Made by a program: the position numbers and the translations under genes. The notes under the pieces were generated by a model. The model did not search any database. It saw only the letters and a list, made by a program, of their open reading frames with translations, and had not been told where the DNA came from. A DNA stretch of 59,999 bases, filler included, from Sphacelaria rigidula (lineage: Eukaryota): NCBI GenBank assembly GCA_964200075.2. It is 10 parts of 10 records of this genome, joined end to end, with 100 filler letters (N's around TTAATTAATTAA, not from the genome) between each part and the next. Parts side by side here need not be neighbours in the genome. Positions count along the whole stretch, not along the records: positions 42,072 to 47,981 come from CAXNAA020023565.1; positions 48,082 to 53,990 come from CAXNAA020023566.1; positions 54,091 to 59,999 come from CAXNAA020023567.1; 7 more parts are not named here. One strand, written 5' to 3'. Positions within the stretch are counted from its first letter, which is position 1. The number at the start of each line of letters is the position of its first letter. This document shows positions 47,248 through 59,999 of the stretch, piece by piece.

Positions 47248-50200
47248 GCTGTGAGTGTCAACCAAAATTACAGCGAATATCCTGGTACTCGGTTTTCAAG
47301 TGTTGGGATTTGAGTAAGGGGAAGAGACCCAACCAACGACCCCCCACGGACGGCCAACCACAACGTAAATGGGCATCATCAACAGCATCGCGTCGACGGT
47401 GACTCGTCAGCAATTTCCCACAGCGGCGTCGCTCGACGGCGGGGGGGGGCGCAGCAGCATTGATGCGTCGCCAACACCGCCAACATACCGAAACTATCGT
47501 CACCCTTCCCCGTTGCCGCATCACCACCGATACCACCTACTACCCCAGCTACGCTTCCTACTCCTGCTCCTACAGTTCCACGGTTGATTCCCGCTCCAAC
47601 AGCTCCGCGGTTGCACCACACGCGACAACCATCTTCATTCCCAGCCCCTTTATCATCGCCGACAACACCGCAGTCGCCTCCACTACCACGTCCTCTGCCA
47701 ACATCATCATCGCCAACAAATTAACGACAATCGCTGCCGCTGCCGCCACCATCGACTATATCAGCGATAATTTTTTTCACTCATGGGGCGGTGTCGGTCA
47801 TATTATTGAGAAGGGGGCGCGCGTAGGGACTTCTATGCAGTTGAGTACGGACAGTCAAGGAAGCTGAGGGGGCAAGGGAGCTGGGGGGCGCAAGGGAGCT
47901 GGGGGGGCAAGGAAGCAGGGGGGCAAGAAAATGGCATGGAAAAATGGAGGGAGTCATCCTACGATAGGGGGGGAGCTCGGANNNNNNNNNNNNNNNNNNN
48001 NNNNNNNNNNNNNNNNNNNNNNNNNTTAATTAATTAANNNNNNNNNNNNNNNNNNNNNNNNNNNNNNNNNNNNNNNNNNNNTAGATGATCAGTTAGAACC
48101 GGCTGAAGGAAAGTCCGCTTCTTAGGCGGCCCAGCCTGTATGCTGTAGCAGAGCTTTCCGCACACTCGTACATGAACAGACAGTAGTCGCTGTATCTGTA
48201 CTGCTCGTTAGGCTCCGCTTTAACGAGACGAGAAAAATGAGAACGCGCCGTGAGACCATGAGACTGTGAGAGTGAGACTGATTCTGGCAGTTTGGTTGTT
48301 TGTTTTTGTCCTTTTTTGTCCTTTAGACTGGTTGAGAGCTGATGGGCAACCAAATTGGAAGGACAAAAAAAGTTACGAAAAACACTACAATCAATCTCAG
48401 GCCGTGTCTCATGAAAAAAATTTCGTGTCGAAAACGTGCGGTCGAATCGAATTCGCTCGTCTCTGATTCGTCTACGCTGTCCATTTTCTCAAATGGCTGA
48501 GAACATGGATGCCGTAGACGTATCAGGTACGAGTAAATTCGATTCCACCGTACCTTTTCGAGTCGAAACAATTTGATAAGACACGGCCTCACTCTCACGT
48601 CACGTTCTGACTTCTCTTGTTGGTTAAAACAGAGACCCCTACAGTAGTCAGTATGCATCTTAGTTTTCGGGATTACATCCGACAGTCTCATACTGGAATG
48701 CCGTTGGTAGTAGCAGGTACCGGCATTTTTACTTGCCTCGCCGGCCTGCATGAAAATTGCGGCGTTACGTCGTGTGTTTGGGCCGTTGCTATACTTTAGA
48801 CAAGACTATTTTTCAGATATGTCTAAAATTTCCGGCATTCTCAGATTTGGCGTTCAGCCTTCTCCGAAAATGAAGCGGCTTGAATTTTTTCTTCTCCCGA
48901 AGCTTCCCGTTTGGAGAAGTATGACCATTTCAGATTGCAATGCAACACTTGGCAGAGCTGCTCTGTGCGCACGCTGTGGCACTCGCATGTGTGACCGTCA
49001 TCAGGAACCTTGCTAGCGACACTGGGCTATGTCGGCGAGTATAAGCACCGTGGGTTGGCGGTGTCCATCTTCTTGGACGGTGTGTCTGTCGGCAGCGGTG
49101 GTTGAACTGTTGAGATGAAGTGCGGTGGTCGCCATTTGCGAGCATGAGCACTTTCGGAGTGAAGAGAGAGAGCAATCCAGTAGCGACTTACTTGCCTGCT
49201 GTGCTGCTACGAGTGTAGGCTACCGCACCGTGTGTGACGTCTATAACTGGTGTTGTGGTGGGTGTATCTGCGCATACAATCGGCGGAAAGCAAGCATGCT
49301 GCAAACTTTGCACGGGGCTTCCGAGTGACTCCGGTAGCAGCAAAGATCTAAGAGGGCGAGAGACCTCGACGATTCTCAAAATACAACGTACTGTAGTCCG
49401 CGCAGGTACGACAGCAGAGTACAAGTCATGACACACGTAGTTGCCCGTGGTAGCAGACCGTGTGATGGTGACCAAGAATGTCCATGATTATGCAGCCCAT
49501 CCACGCATCTTTCATCCATCTTGTGAAGCATGTCAGCAATCGGTATTTTTATTGTGTGTGCTTCTGCTGCATTCGGGGAGGGCCGGTCGCGCCTGCCTTT
49601 TCGACTACCCCCCCGTTTCACAGAAAAGTTGCGAGAAATACGTTTTTCAAATTAATGATGGCAAGTATATGACGGGCGGGTGCCATCATTTTGGTGTAGA
49701 ACCTGCCAAGCTTGACGATTTGGAAACTGTCGCGAAAAGGTTATCGCCAGGATTTTTCCATTATTTTTCCGTTCCAGAGAAAGCGGCCTGAGTTTGATTT
49801 TTGTTGTGGGCAGATCTGGGTTCACGCAGAGAATTCCCGAAGAAGCATACCCCAGCTTGACAGCAAGGTATAACAGGACCTAGCTCGCGTTGCACAAGAA
49901 TCATCTATATTCCGCGGCGTGCGCCCCAATGGAAAGTTTCCCCGTTGTACAGGCGCATATGATCTGACGATCCCCCTTCTCAGCTACATAAAAGGGGCTT
50001 CGGTGAGGGAGAAGGATTGAGCAAGGAATAAGCAACACGCAGAGGCGCGCAATATGACAAACAAGAGAATTTATGCACTGTGGACGTTGTGTTCGAACCC
50101 GTCATAGCTACGAAAATATGGGTCCTCATACAATTGTTGTTGAATCCAACAACAAAGTACACCGTGCTCAGTCGATCTAGAGCTACATTTTGGTGCCCCC

Positions 50201-51150
50201 GTTATTTTGCCATGGGCAGTAGAAATGGTACGACGTAGGTGTAGGGCTGTGTGCATCTGAGCTTCGTGTTTGTAGCCGCACCTCTTGGTCACGATCATGA
50301 TCCCGCATATGTTCTTGTTCGCCTGCTCGTTTGTTTTTTCAAATTGCCATGAGAGTTGCAACCATAGCAAAATTTACAAAAATAACTGTTTGGAAAATTG
50401 AACGATGAAAACAATCGGGGCCCACCACTCATGGGTTGGTCGATAATTTTGTCTTGTCAGTCAGAAAAGCGGGTCCCAAAATTGGTCGACACGGCCGAAC
50501 CAAAACTGTACAGCGCCCACAGTACTCGGGTATATACCGCGAGTACGAACAGTTCAGTACAAGGCATGTTTCACGGGCGTTCCAAGGCCCCAACCTTGAG
50601 GCACCAACAGCTTCCAAGGAATTGCCCAGAGCATGATGATATTTTGGTCAGTACTATCTTGAATAAGGCGCTTGCACCCCTGGCCCATGGGGATTCAGCC
50701 GCCTGCGGCCACAGGGAGACCATCGCTTCCCGCACTTCGACAAGCTGAGAACAGTAGATATCAACAGTACATATCAATCGCCAACGAAAGACCTGAACGA
50801 CCAGTTTTGGTCTCAGGTCTGGCTTTTCAATCATTCGATAGCGATAGCGACCACCCCCAGATCGCTTGTTCTTCTCCCACGCGACACAGCACATCTATTT
50901 AGGTTCAAGAGGTGGGTGTTGAGGTTTTGTACTGAAAGCAGAGAGGGGGAACCCGTGATCGGGCTGGAGCGAAATCAAGTGTACACTTTGGCGTTTGGCC
51001 CTTTTCATCGGATACACACCTTGCAAGTGATGTACGCTGGCAACCACTACAGCTGCGATACAAGTTATTCGCCTTCGAGTATTGTTGCTGGTACTCCTCG
51101 AGCATGCTTTACCGCTCTGCTGCTGTACAGACAGTACACATGGAAGCTTT

Positions 51151-51951
51151 CACACCCTGTACAACCATGACTCTAACAACTAGTTGCACACGATTCTGAA
51201 GGAGTGGTTGTTTGGACACAACTGGTTGCGCACGATTTTGGAACAGCAGCTGTTTGGAAGCAACTAGTTGCTCACGATTCTGAACAGCTAGTTGCACATG
51301 ATTCTGAATAAGTAGTTATTTCGTGGCCCGGGTAGTTATCAACATCGTGTAATAATTACAATGAGACCGTTGGCTGAGATCGAGCTGACGCATGGACATG
51401 TGAGCACCCCACGCACTCACACACAAACACACACGAGAGACCAAGCGCACCAGATGGTGGCCAGCAAACGCGTTTGTGTTTCGATGTCGGAGAGGAACTG
51501 TGGTTGATCAAGCCAGTTGGACGTGACGCATACGTGAAACAGCAGTAAAGCCTAGACCGTGAACGAGTCATGCTCGCGCCCCGAATGACGTACGCCTTTG
51601 CTTTTGCTTCGCATGGCATACTTCAGTCTTTTCCTTCATCCAGGAATAGTTCGGCCTGATCTTCCTGGCCTACTCCCCGTCCTGGACAGATACGAGTTCA
51701 CACCACTACTACACAGCGTTTTCATTTTTTCCAACTATAGCCAACTAATATTGGTTGTTTGTCGACCAACTACCTGGTGGTTATTTGGTAACAACTGGTA
51801 GCACACGATTCTGAACAGTTAGTTGTTTGGAAACATCTAGTTGCGCACGATTCTGAACCGTTAGTTGTTTGGAAACGACTAGTTACACACGATTCTAAAC
51901 AGTTCGTTGCTTGAGAAACAACCACCAACTATCGTAGTTGTACAGCGTGTG
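51151..51951. mobile_element. ~800-bp CAC-terminal TIR element with subterminal tandem repeats
   Basis: CACACCCTGTACAAC / GTTGTACAGCGTGTG. Repeated ACTAGTTGCACACGATTCTGAACAG..GTTGTTTGGA units near both ends; family of 7004-7799. Confidence 0.78.
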
Positions 51952-52103
51952 GGGTCTTTCCATCTGCACCTTGAAACACAGAGATAATGCTACGCCACTT
52001 GTATCGCTGCACAAGACAGGGCAGGTAGGCGCAAATAGCGAGAAGCACCTTCTAGTTTGTGTGCTTGGCCGTCCACTGGTCGCTACATTTCTGGTCATAT
52101 CGA

Positions 52104-53631
52104 CAGGCTGGTTCACGGTGATCACCCAAAAGACACTCATCGGCAAAACCTCACGTCGTTTTAAGGAGTTAGACGCTGAAATTTCGCCCGAATGTTATAT
52201 GGATAATTACGCAACTTTTGACGTTTGTTTTTGTGTTTACTTTTTTACTTTTTTACTTTTTTCACCGTTTTTCGGGGGTCCCAGATTTGTGGGGGAAACC
52301 TCGACCCAATCGGACCCCCGTAAAACGGTAACATGAAAGAGATAATGAAACCCCAACCTTGAAAAGTTGCGTAATTACCCATAGAACGTTCGTGCAAAAT
52401 ATCAGGGTCTAACTCCTCAAAACGGCCTGAGGTTAATCGCTTTTGTGCGATGAAGTTTGCCGTACTGCGGTGAAACCGCAAGGTACTTGATTTTTGAAGC
52501 GTAATTGCGTTTTTGGGCCTTGTTTGACGTGAATATGGAAATTCAAGCATCAGTCGATCGAGTTTTGCGACGAAAAATTGTGGAGCCCATCCTTGGGTTA
52601 TGCGGAGGCAGATAGTTCGCGAAAAAATGGAAACCACTATCGTAGTGCCGTTTTTCTGGGGTCCCAGAATGTAGACTACTTCGAAAAACGACTTCGATCC
52701 CGTCAGACCCCCGAAAAACGGTGAAAAAATCAAGAAGAGCAAAAACAATCGTCCGTAGAAAGTTGCGTAATGATACATAGCATATTTATACGAAGTCTCA
52801 GGATCTAACACTTAATGGCAGCGTGAAAGTTTGAGCGTTTGTGGAGGACGTGGGCTTGAAACGTGCAACTCCCAACTACGTGATTTTAGTATGGAAACGT
52901 CTTCTTCTGGGTTGAATTTGACGTCAAGGCAAGAAAAACTGTATGAGGTTTTCGAGTTTCTCCACCAAACTTTGTACATGTGTTCCTTGGACTCTCCCGG
53001 GACGCACCATTTCATAATTTTTCTTTTGGGGCATTATGTACCGTCTTCCGGGGGTCCCAGCATGAAGACCCCCGGAAGCCGGTAGAAAACATTATATATT
53101 GTCAAGAATACAAGTTTTCCATTTTGAGCATCAATACCTATGGCACTGCCTAGTGTGAGGGCGATCTGAGCTTTTCTAGGACAGAGATAGGGGACACCGT
53201 CACGAGGCTCCCTGGGTCTTTCGTGCGTATCATTAGTGGATATTAGACGACGTCGACACCCGACATCACCGCAACATCACAGTTTCGGGTATAATTCGAC
53301 CCCCGTAGTAACCGTTTTAACAATTTGATTTTCCCGTTACATTTCCGTGTCAATGACAGTTACTATAATTTGAAGTATGTAGAGATTGGGGGAAAATTGA
53401 GCTTGGTATTCGTAATTTAGATCTCGGAACAGTTTGAAGGGTGCTGATTGGCTAAGACACATTTTCTCCCGTAGCGCCACCGCTACGGCCTTAAACAAAA
53501 ATCGGGCTTTGTCACCCCCTTCGTCTCTTCATTGCGGTCAGTATGATACCATATATGTGACTATTGGGTGCGTATCGCGGAAGGCATTTTGCTGATGACA
53601 CAATTTTGGGTGATCACCGTAAATCAGCCTG
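52104..53631. mobile_element. ~1.5-kb non-autonomous TIR element with CAGGCTG termini
   Basis: CAGGCTGGTTCACGGTGATCACCCAAAA...TCATCGGCAAAA is inverted by TTTTGCTGATGA...TTTTGGGTGATCACCGTAAATCAGCCTG. No clean TSD. Confidence 0.72.
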
Positions 53632-53955
53632 TAGCCATATATATGCACTATCTTTCTTCTTTATTATCTATCCCTGTTTTGCTTGTTTCGCGTTTTGTGA
53701 GTTTTAATTTGGGTCTCTTTTGTTTTTTTGGTTGTCTGCTAGCCTGTGACCACGGAAAACAGTGTTTTCGTGAGATTGAGAGTAGATGATACGATTGAGA
53801 GTGAAGAGCGGTCAATTAGTGAATGAATCGTTTCAGTTCCGAAATGCACTTCCACGAGGCCCAACATGCTTTCTGCAATGGAAGGCGTCCGCATCATCAG
53901 ATGATGCCCGATACGAATGTACCGCGCAGATATCGGAACGGTTTTTTATGTGAAG

Positions 53956-53986
<31 letters not shown>

Positions 53987-55386
53987 CCTCNNNNNNNNNN
54001 NNNNNNNNNNNNNNNNNNNNNNNNNNNNNNNNNNTTAATTAATTAANNNNNNNNNNNNNNNNNNNNNNNNNNNNNNNNNNNNNNNNNNNNCACATCCGAC
54101 AACAATCCCCGCGCTGATCGTTCGGGTCTGGTCGATAAATTTCGCCTCGCTGTGACTGGGTAGGTCGCTCGAAGAATTATTTTTTATTATCCCACTGACA
54201 TAGGGTCAACCCTGTGTTGATGGGGGTCCGGTCCCAAAAGGGTTCATCAATGAATTAGTATATACCGGCTTTCGGGGGGGTCTTCACGCCGGGACCCTCC
54301 CTGGAAGCTCATTCAGAGCGAGGAATCTCGAAAAAAAAAAAAACTCTACCATTTACAGCACCGATACCTACTTCCAAGTTCGACGGCGATCAGAGCTTTC
54401 CTACGAGAAATGTAAGTAAAACCGTCAGGTGCTTTATCACGAATGAGAATTCGACGAAGCCCAAATCCCACATGCACCGAAATGCCATAGTTTTGGGTGT
54501 AATTCGATCCTGAAGTAGAGTGATGCCGCATTAGACCCCCCCCCCTCCCGCCCCAAAAGTGGTAAGTGTCAGGGTGCAAAATCTACAACAAAGACTGTGC
54601 ACACCGAGCAGCTGGAAACTCGCACGTTCAGAGTCATTTTCGCCGACGTCGCCCACGTGAGACGCTTTATCAAGTATAGAACCAACCAGCTACAGAATAG
54701 TTCAGGGTGAATACCCACAACAATATACCCCCCCCCCCCACTGGACATAGAATGCAAAACTGACCCCATTCAATTTCGACTCGTCTCGAGGTACTGTAGG
54801 TCAAGGAAGGTTCGTGCAATGCTTCGTTGCGTATCTCGAAATCCTGATCCCAGCCGGTCGACTTCAGCTCAAGCGCGCAAGGCAAGCGTCTGTAGCTCAC
54901 TATAATGAGGTCACTAGGGGGTTCCGCGTACATTTGTATGCTCCCACGAACACACGGGCGATTGTTCGCGCCGTTTGTGCGAGTTGAAACCCTGAAATCT
55001 TGCACACGGGTGCTCTGATACATTTCGAAAGGCTGTATGAATGGGGGTCTTCTTCTTTTTTCCCGCTAGATATCCGGGGTCCCATGACGCGGTGTCAGTT
55101 TTTAAATCATCACTACTCTCACGCACGCATGCGCCTGCACACGTATACTCACGCGAATTAAGGATACAACATAGCACAGTACAGCATAGCATAGCATAGC
55201 ACAATACAGCACACCACAGCATAATAGCTAAGCACGGCACCGAACGGCACGGAAAGTTACGGAACGGCAGGGCATGACACGGGACAACTCGCGGCACGGG
55301 ATGGTATACCACTGCACCCGCCTACCACCCGATACCCACCCACCCGAATCACAACCCATGACCCCAACCCTGACAATAACTCTCAC

Positions 55387-55759
55387 CTTGGTCTGCTGCG
55401 GCTAGCACCGGGCTATCTTCCGGCAAAGGGTCAAACCCGAGCATCCACCCTTCCAGCAGCACCACCTTCGGCGGCGTCGACACCTCCACCCAGTCTTCAG
55501 GTGGGGCGCGATCCCCTCGACCGCCGCCGGCCGACTTGTCGTACCTCGGGATTCGAGCAATCACGCCTCCTGCTTCTGCCATCGCTGCTGTCTTCGTTGT
55601 TTCCTTCTCGCCGCCGACGGCTTCATGGCCAACTACCTCACTAGGCCGCTGCTGCTTCAAGGCTTGGATTGTGTCCAGCCCCAGGGCCAGATCGTGCGTT
55701 CCCGCGTTCCCGCGTACTTGCAGCAAGGGGTTCTTGGGGTGCCGAGCTGCGAGGGCATC
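55387..55759 (-). CDS. GLYK: D-glycerate 3-kinase (plant GLYK / yeast Tda10-type P-loop kinase), internal exon
   Basis: aag|DALAARHPKNPLLQVRGNAGTHDL...IPRYDKSAGGGRGDRAP..DW......KVVLLEGWMLGF...|gtgaga. Contains the GLYK motifs NxLLxxRGNAGxHDL, PRYDKSAxxGRGDR and EGWMLGF. Confidence 0.92.
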
Positions 55760-55894
55760 CTTGTTTGGCCCGCACGCAGGCCGGGAGCAGGGGGGAGGCG
55801 GAGGTCAGACCATGTTTGGATCTCTGTGACTGACAAAAGTGAAACTAGAAAATAGAGGAGGGAGGGAAGGGGGGAAGGGGGGGGGAGGGGGGGG

Positions 55895-56190
55895 GGGGTA
55901 GTCATGATCTTGCATGCCGTAGTCATTTTGACCATTGACCTCGCATCCCTACGAAGCCGGGACGGAGCGCGCCGGGTTTTCGCCGGACCAGGTTCGCAAT
56001 CAATCACCAAGCACGAAGCGCCGTGATTTGTTCGGCGAGTTGCATGAAGTGTGAGCTGCACCCTGCTCAGATTCATCGGTACGAAGCGTACTGATTATCT
56101 TGCATCAGGATGACAGCCTCCAATGAATTGCTTCATTTCTTGGTATCGCCACTTCCAGAGGCAGTCGCGGGTCACACACTGCCTCACGGG
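55895..56190 (-). mobile_element. Longer (~300-bp) copy of the C-tailed element including upstream body
   Basis: Body GAGGCAGTGT...CTCTGGAAGTGGCG.TACCA...GAAGCAA.TCATT..AGGCTGTCATCCT.ATGCAAGATAATCAGTACGCTTCG (also ~12520-12625 and ~35125-35230) leads via AAAACCCGGCG.GCTCCGTCCCGGCTT into the 70-nt module and C-run. Confidence 0.75.
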
Positions 56191-59100
56191 AAGGGGTGCA
56201 GGCGTACTCATTTATTGCTTGCCTTGGTCGTTCGACGGTGCTAAATAGACACCAAAACTCGGTACTGTGAAGAGGTTTGATTACCACGTAGTCGCCTGTG
56301 CAGATGCCAAAGTTAATGATAATGCACTTACCATAGCGAGGGTGCGGTATGTATATGCTTTGAAACACGAGGGAAAACACACCCGTGAAAGAAAAGGAAC
56401 GATTCCATGGGAGAGGGCACCGACTTGATATATGAAATCATAATATTTCAAGGGTATGTTGGGCAAGGTATCTTCTTTACTCGGGTTGTTGTTGCTGCTG
56501 TTGTTGTTGTTGTCTTCACATTAAAAACCGTTCCGATATCTGCGCGGTACATCCGTACTGGGCATCTGATGCGGACGCCTTCCGTGGTCACAGGCTAGGT
56601 ACCTATATCAAGTTATGAGGAAATCAATAAAAAAAACAAAAATATAGACCCAGATAAAAACCCTCACAGACCTGATACAGGCACAACAAGAATACATAGT
56701 GAAGAAAAAAGATAACGAAGATAGCTAAACTCCAGAGATCCGGTGCCGCAGGTGGCCATTCGGACTTCAGGGGGCGGCCGGCGCCCGACTTCCCAACTCG
56801 ATGGGTATTTTGAAAAAAATCACAAATAGGACAGCTCATGATACTGTTACACTTCTGTACTCTGCGTTGTATGTGCTGGCTCGGATTGAAATAAGTGTGA
56901 ACCACGTTTCACCACGGTCGGAGCCGTGGTGATGCGGCACTGACAAGCCGCACGTGATTTTGCCATTATCTCAGGGTGCGCATGATGTTCGATGGTGCAT
57001 CCGGGTGCGCATTTAATTTTTCCGCATGAAGTTTGATGGCTATACGAATAGCGGATGAACATACATGTGTATGCGGATGAAGATTTTTTTTCAGGTCCAA
57101 CTACGTTGGACTGACACTTGTTGAAAAATGATAGTACCGTATAATGAGGGATGGACAGCAGTTGCTGTATCATGTTTATTTTCGTCTGTCTGCACTGCAT
57201 ACTACTACACTCGGTGTGTTGAGTACACTACTTTTTCTTGGTAGCGACATCTCGTTGATGGGGAGGTGTTGCAATATTTAGACGATACAGTCTATGTTCA
57301 CTGTGTGTTTGAATGAAGTCGTTGCAACAAAAGATAAGCGGTACAACATGTTGCGGTTCAACGACACTACGAACCATGTAGTACCGTTCCATTCGTATCT
57401 TACACGCGTAGCCACATGAACATGTAGGATACCACAGTAAGAAATGTGTTGCCATGATTTGCCGGTGCTGGATACTCTAGCAAAGTATGAAGGCCACGTG
57501 AGCTGGAAGATATCTTGTGTGCAAGATCGCAGTTGATCTAAGCTAAAGAGCTGGCAAGGCTACCGCGTCAGCAGTAACTAGATTGAATTGGATGATACGA
57601 TTTGATCCTACGTGCGTGTAGAGGTCTTCGCTTCTTGTTCCAGGATTGAGTATGCTTGGATTCGGTGGTCTCGACCGCCCTTGCAATCACTTTCCTTCGT
57701 TTCCTCAGCCCTCTGCTTGCGAAAGAGGCTGCTTGATTTTGTTCGGCCAAGTGAAGAGCCCCGAACCCCATTTGTCTTCTTTTTACTTTCTGTCTGCTGC
57801 AGAAGCAAGTGGTTTTAATACCACTGTACTGTGCAACCTCTGCCACACTACTGTCCACGTGACGGTAGTCGGTCTGTTCCGAGTACAGTACCGAACACCA
57901 CGAGCCAATATTTCCAACGGAATACATACTCTGTGAAGGAAGAAAGTGCCGTGCTAAATCACTTTGTGCCACTCAAAAACGCTGAAGCACGACGCTCGGG
58001 AATAACACCTGCAATAGAAATAGACCACATCCTGGACAAGATGTGGTCAATAGTTCAAGGGTCCGACGAATCATCGGTGGTTCGAACCACCAAATCTTCG
58101 ATTCCCAAGGCGTGGTTACTCGAAAAGGGGGGAGAGAGTTTGACCGCGGATCGAAAAATCTCCACGCAAACTTTGCGCTATTCTACGTGCCTGGGGGTAC
58201 ACGTACCTGCCAGGCTGGGGTGCATCGCTGTCGCTGAAAACAAAGCTTGAAAGATGGATGCGTTTCGTACGGAACGAATCATTCACACTAAAAGCAAGTA
58301 ACTTTAAGCAGAATCAGTATTCGTCCGACCCTTAACAGAAGTTGCAATATAATAAAAAGTTGCAGTATAGGCATATTGCCACCTACTGTCGGATCGGTCC
58401 GACAATACAGAAGTTGTACTAGGCCTATACTTCTCGCCGTACATTTTTTCTTGTCTATTGCACCTATTGACAACATATTGTCATCATCCAGGGTGTGAAG
58501 TATGTACACGCCATGCTGCTCACCGTACTGTCAAAGGATCAACCCATCTCTTCCCCCAGCACACACCTGACATTCTAGAAACGCGTATTCAGACCAGCAC
58601 TACTACCGCACTGCATCGACGCTAGTCAAATTTTGTATATCGCCCCTCACGTCTTTCAGGTCTTCAACACAGCAGACCAACAGCTTTGAGCGTATATCTA
58701 TTGTTGACAGCACGACTACTTGATTTTTTCTCAGAATGTGTTTTTGTCGAAATTGGCGCCTGCGGCGTCGATTTCAGATCTGCCAATGCACACTTCGCCT
58801 AAGGGTACCTACGCACCCCCTCGCCCCAGGGTCTCGTACGCCTTGGGTCGGGGTTAGAGTTAGGGTTAGGGTTGGGGTTAGCGTCATTGTTAGGTTGTTC
58901 GAAAAAATCAGCCATAGATCTACGCCAAAAGCTGTAGGTCCTCTGCTTCAACGACAGAACGAAAGGAGATTATTCTCGGAGTGGAGAAAAAAAAAAAAAC
59001 GGGATACGACCGCTTAACCCTGTTGGGGCTGGGCCTCCGGAACGATCAATGAGGCTGGTTAGGAATGACGTGTCTGGTGTATGCACGAAACAGTGGCTTC

Positions 59101-59928
59101 ATGTTGCTGAAAATACACGTATGTAACCACAAGGTTATTAGGAAGACCGAAAGTATTATCCAATCTATTTTCAGGTGCAGGTACAAACTGTCATTCGGGT
59201 GTTGTGCGCATCAGGTAATGTACAGTTGTATCAAGCAGTATGAGTTGCGGTAGAGAGCTTTCAACAGGACGTGGAGACGGTCGCACGCTACTTGTGGCTT
59301 TGGGTTATATTATTGTCCCCATCAGCTTGCCACACAGCCCTTTGTGGTCAGGGTGGGCCGCGATTTCCCTCTTTGTTGCAAGCGGAAAATTCTCTTCGAA
59401 GGGCATGGGCGTTGCGCGGCACATACAATACAGTACGCCTGTCCGACTGCAGCAGCAGCTGCCGCTGCATACTCACTCCCTCACACGTTCTGGGCAGTTC
59501 TCCGCGATGCAGAGCAGCTACCTATACACAACTTGTTCGTTCCCGTCGATTACATACGACCTCACTGCATGCTGTACCGCCTCAACAGACGGATACGCAG
59601 AACTCATGCCCTTAGCTCCGTCTCTCGTTCCACTGCGTTGCTAGATTCAGTCGCCTCGTGAACATGACCACATCTAAAGTAGGGTACGTGCAGTCCCGAA
59701 TTTCCTTCGAGCACCCTGTGTTAATGTAACAGCTATCTTTCACTATAGGATGGCAACTCCAAAAGAATTGGGGGATTGGGGGTCGGACCTAAAGAAATGC
59801 AAGGTAATGATGAAAAATCGAGGAGGCGAACCCCGACCATCACGGCTTCCTCTTGATTCGAAGGCTTTTTGTGGGCCAGGGACAACGTACACACACCAAC
59901 TTGGCAGTGACATCACTCCTGGCGACAG

Positions 59929-59964
<36 letters not shown>

Positions 59965-59999
59965 CACCGGACGCGCCCGCGAAACAAGGACTCAGTGGC

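Noticed and set aside
57831..58250. 139-aa ORF (also ORFs at 9188-9802, 39436-39831, 49441-49791)
   Set aside because: No recognisable motifs or splice-consistent structure; possibly decayed TE coding sequence, but this cannot be supported by eye.

Overview
Eukaryotic, repeat-rich DNA, most likely from a brown alga (Phaeophyceae); this is inferred from the long GT-AG introns, the gene families, a tRNA-headed SINE and TTAGGG tracts. The window is not one locus. It is ten unrelated ~5.91-kb contigs (1-5911, 6012-11921, 12022-17931, 18032-23941, 24042-29951, 30052-35961, 36062-41971, 42072-47981, 48082-53990, 54091-59999) joined by artificial 100-nt N44-TTAATTAATTAA-N44 spacers. Almost all ORF-track entries are spurious. 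Supportable host-gene fragments are three phase-compatible exons of a 1,3-beta-glucan (callose) synthase (GT48), one exon of a D-glycerate 3-kinase, one exon resembling a GT10 fucosyltransferase and three phase-compatible exons of an unknown low-complexity protein. Mobile DNA dominates: a decayed full-length hAT element with TIRs and an 8-bp TSD, a decayed Ty1/copia element, several MITE families, tRNA-derived SINEs and retroposon 3' ends. One whole contig is a ~163-bp satellite with higher-order structure. The most intriguing signal is a ~70-nt module present in most contigs. It has a fixed 3' end followed by a C-run, variable 5' truncation, head-to-tail stacking and stems that are conserved while the loops change, which suggests a structured-RNA retroposon end that targets (C)n tracts. 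No CRISPR or prokaryotic system is present.
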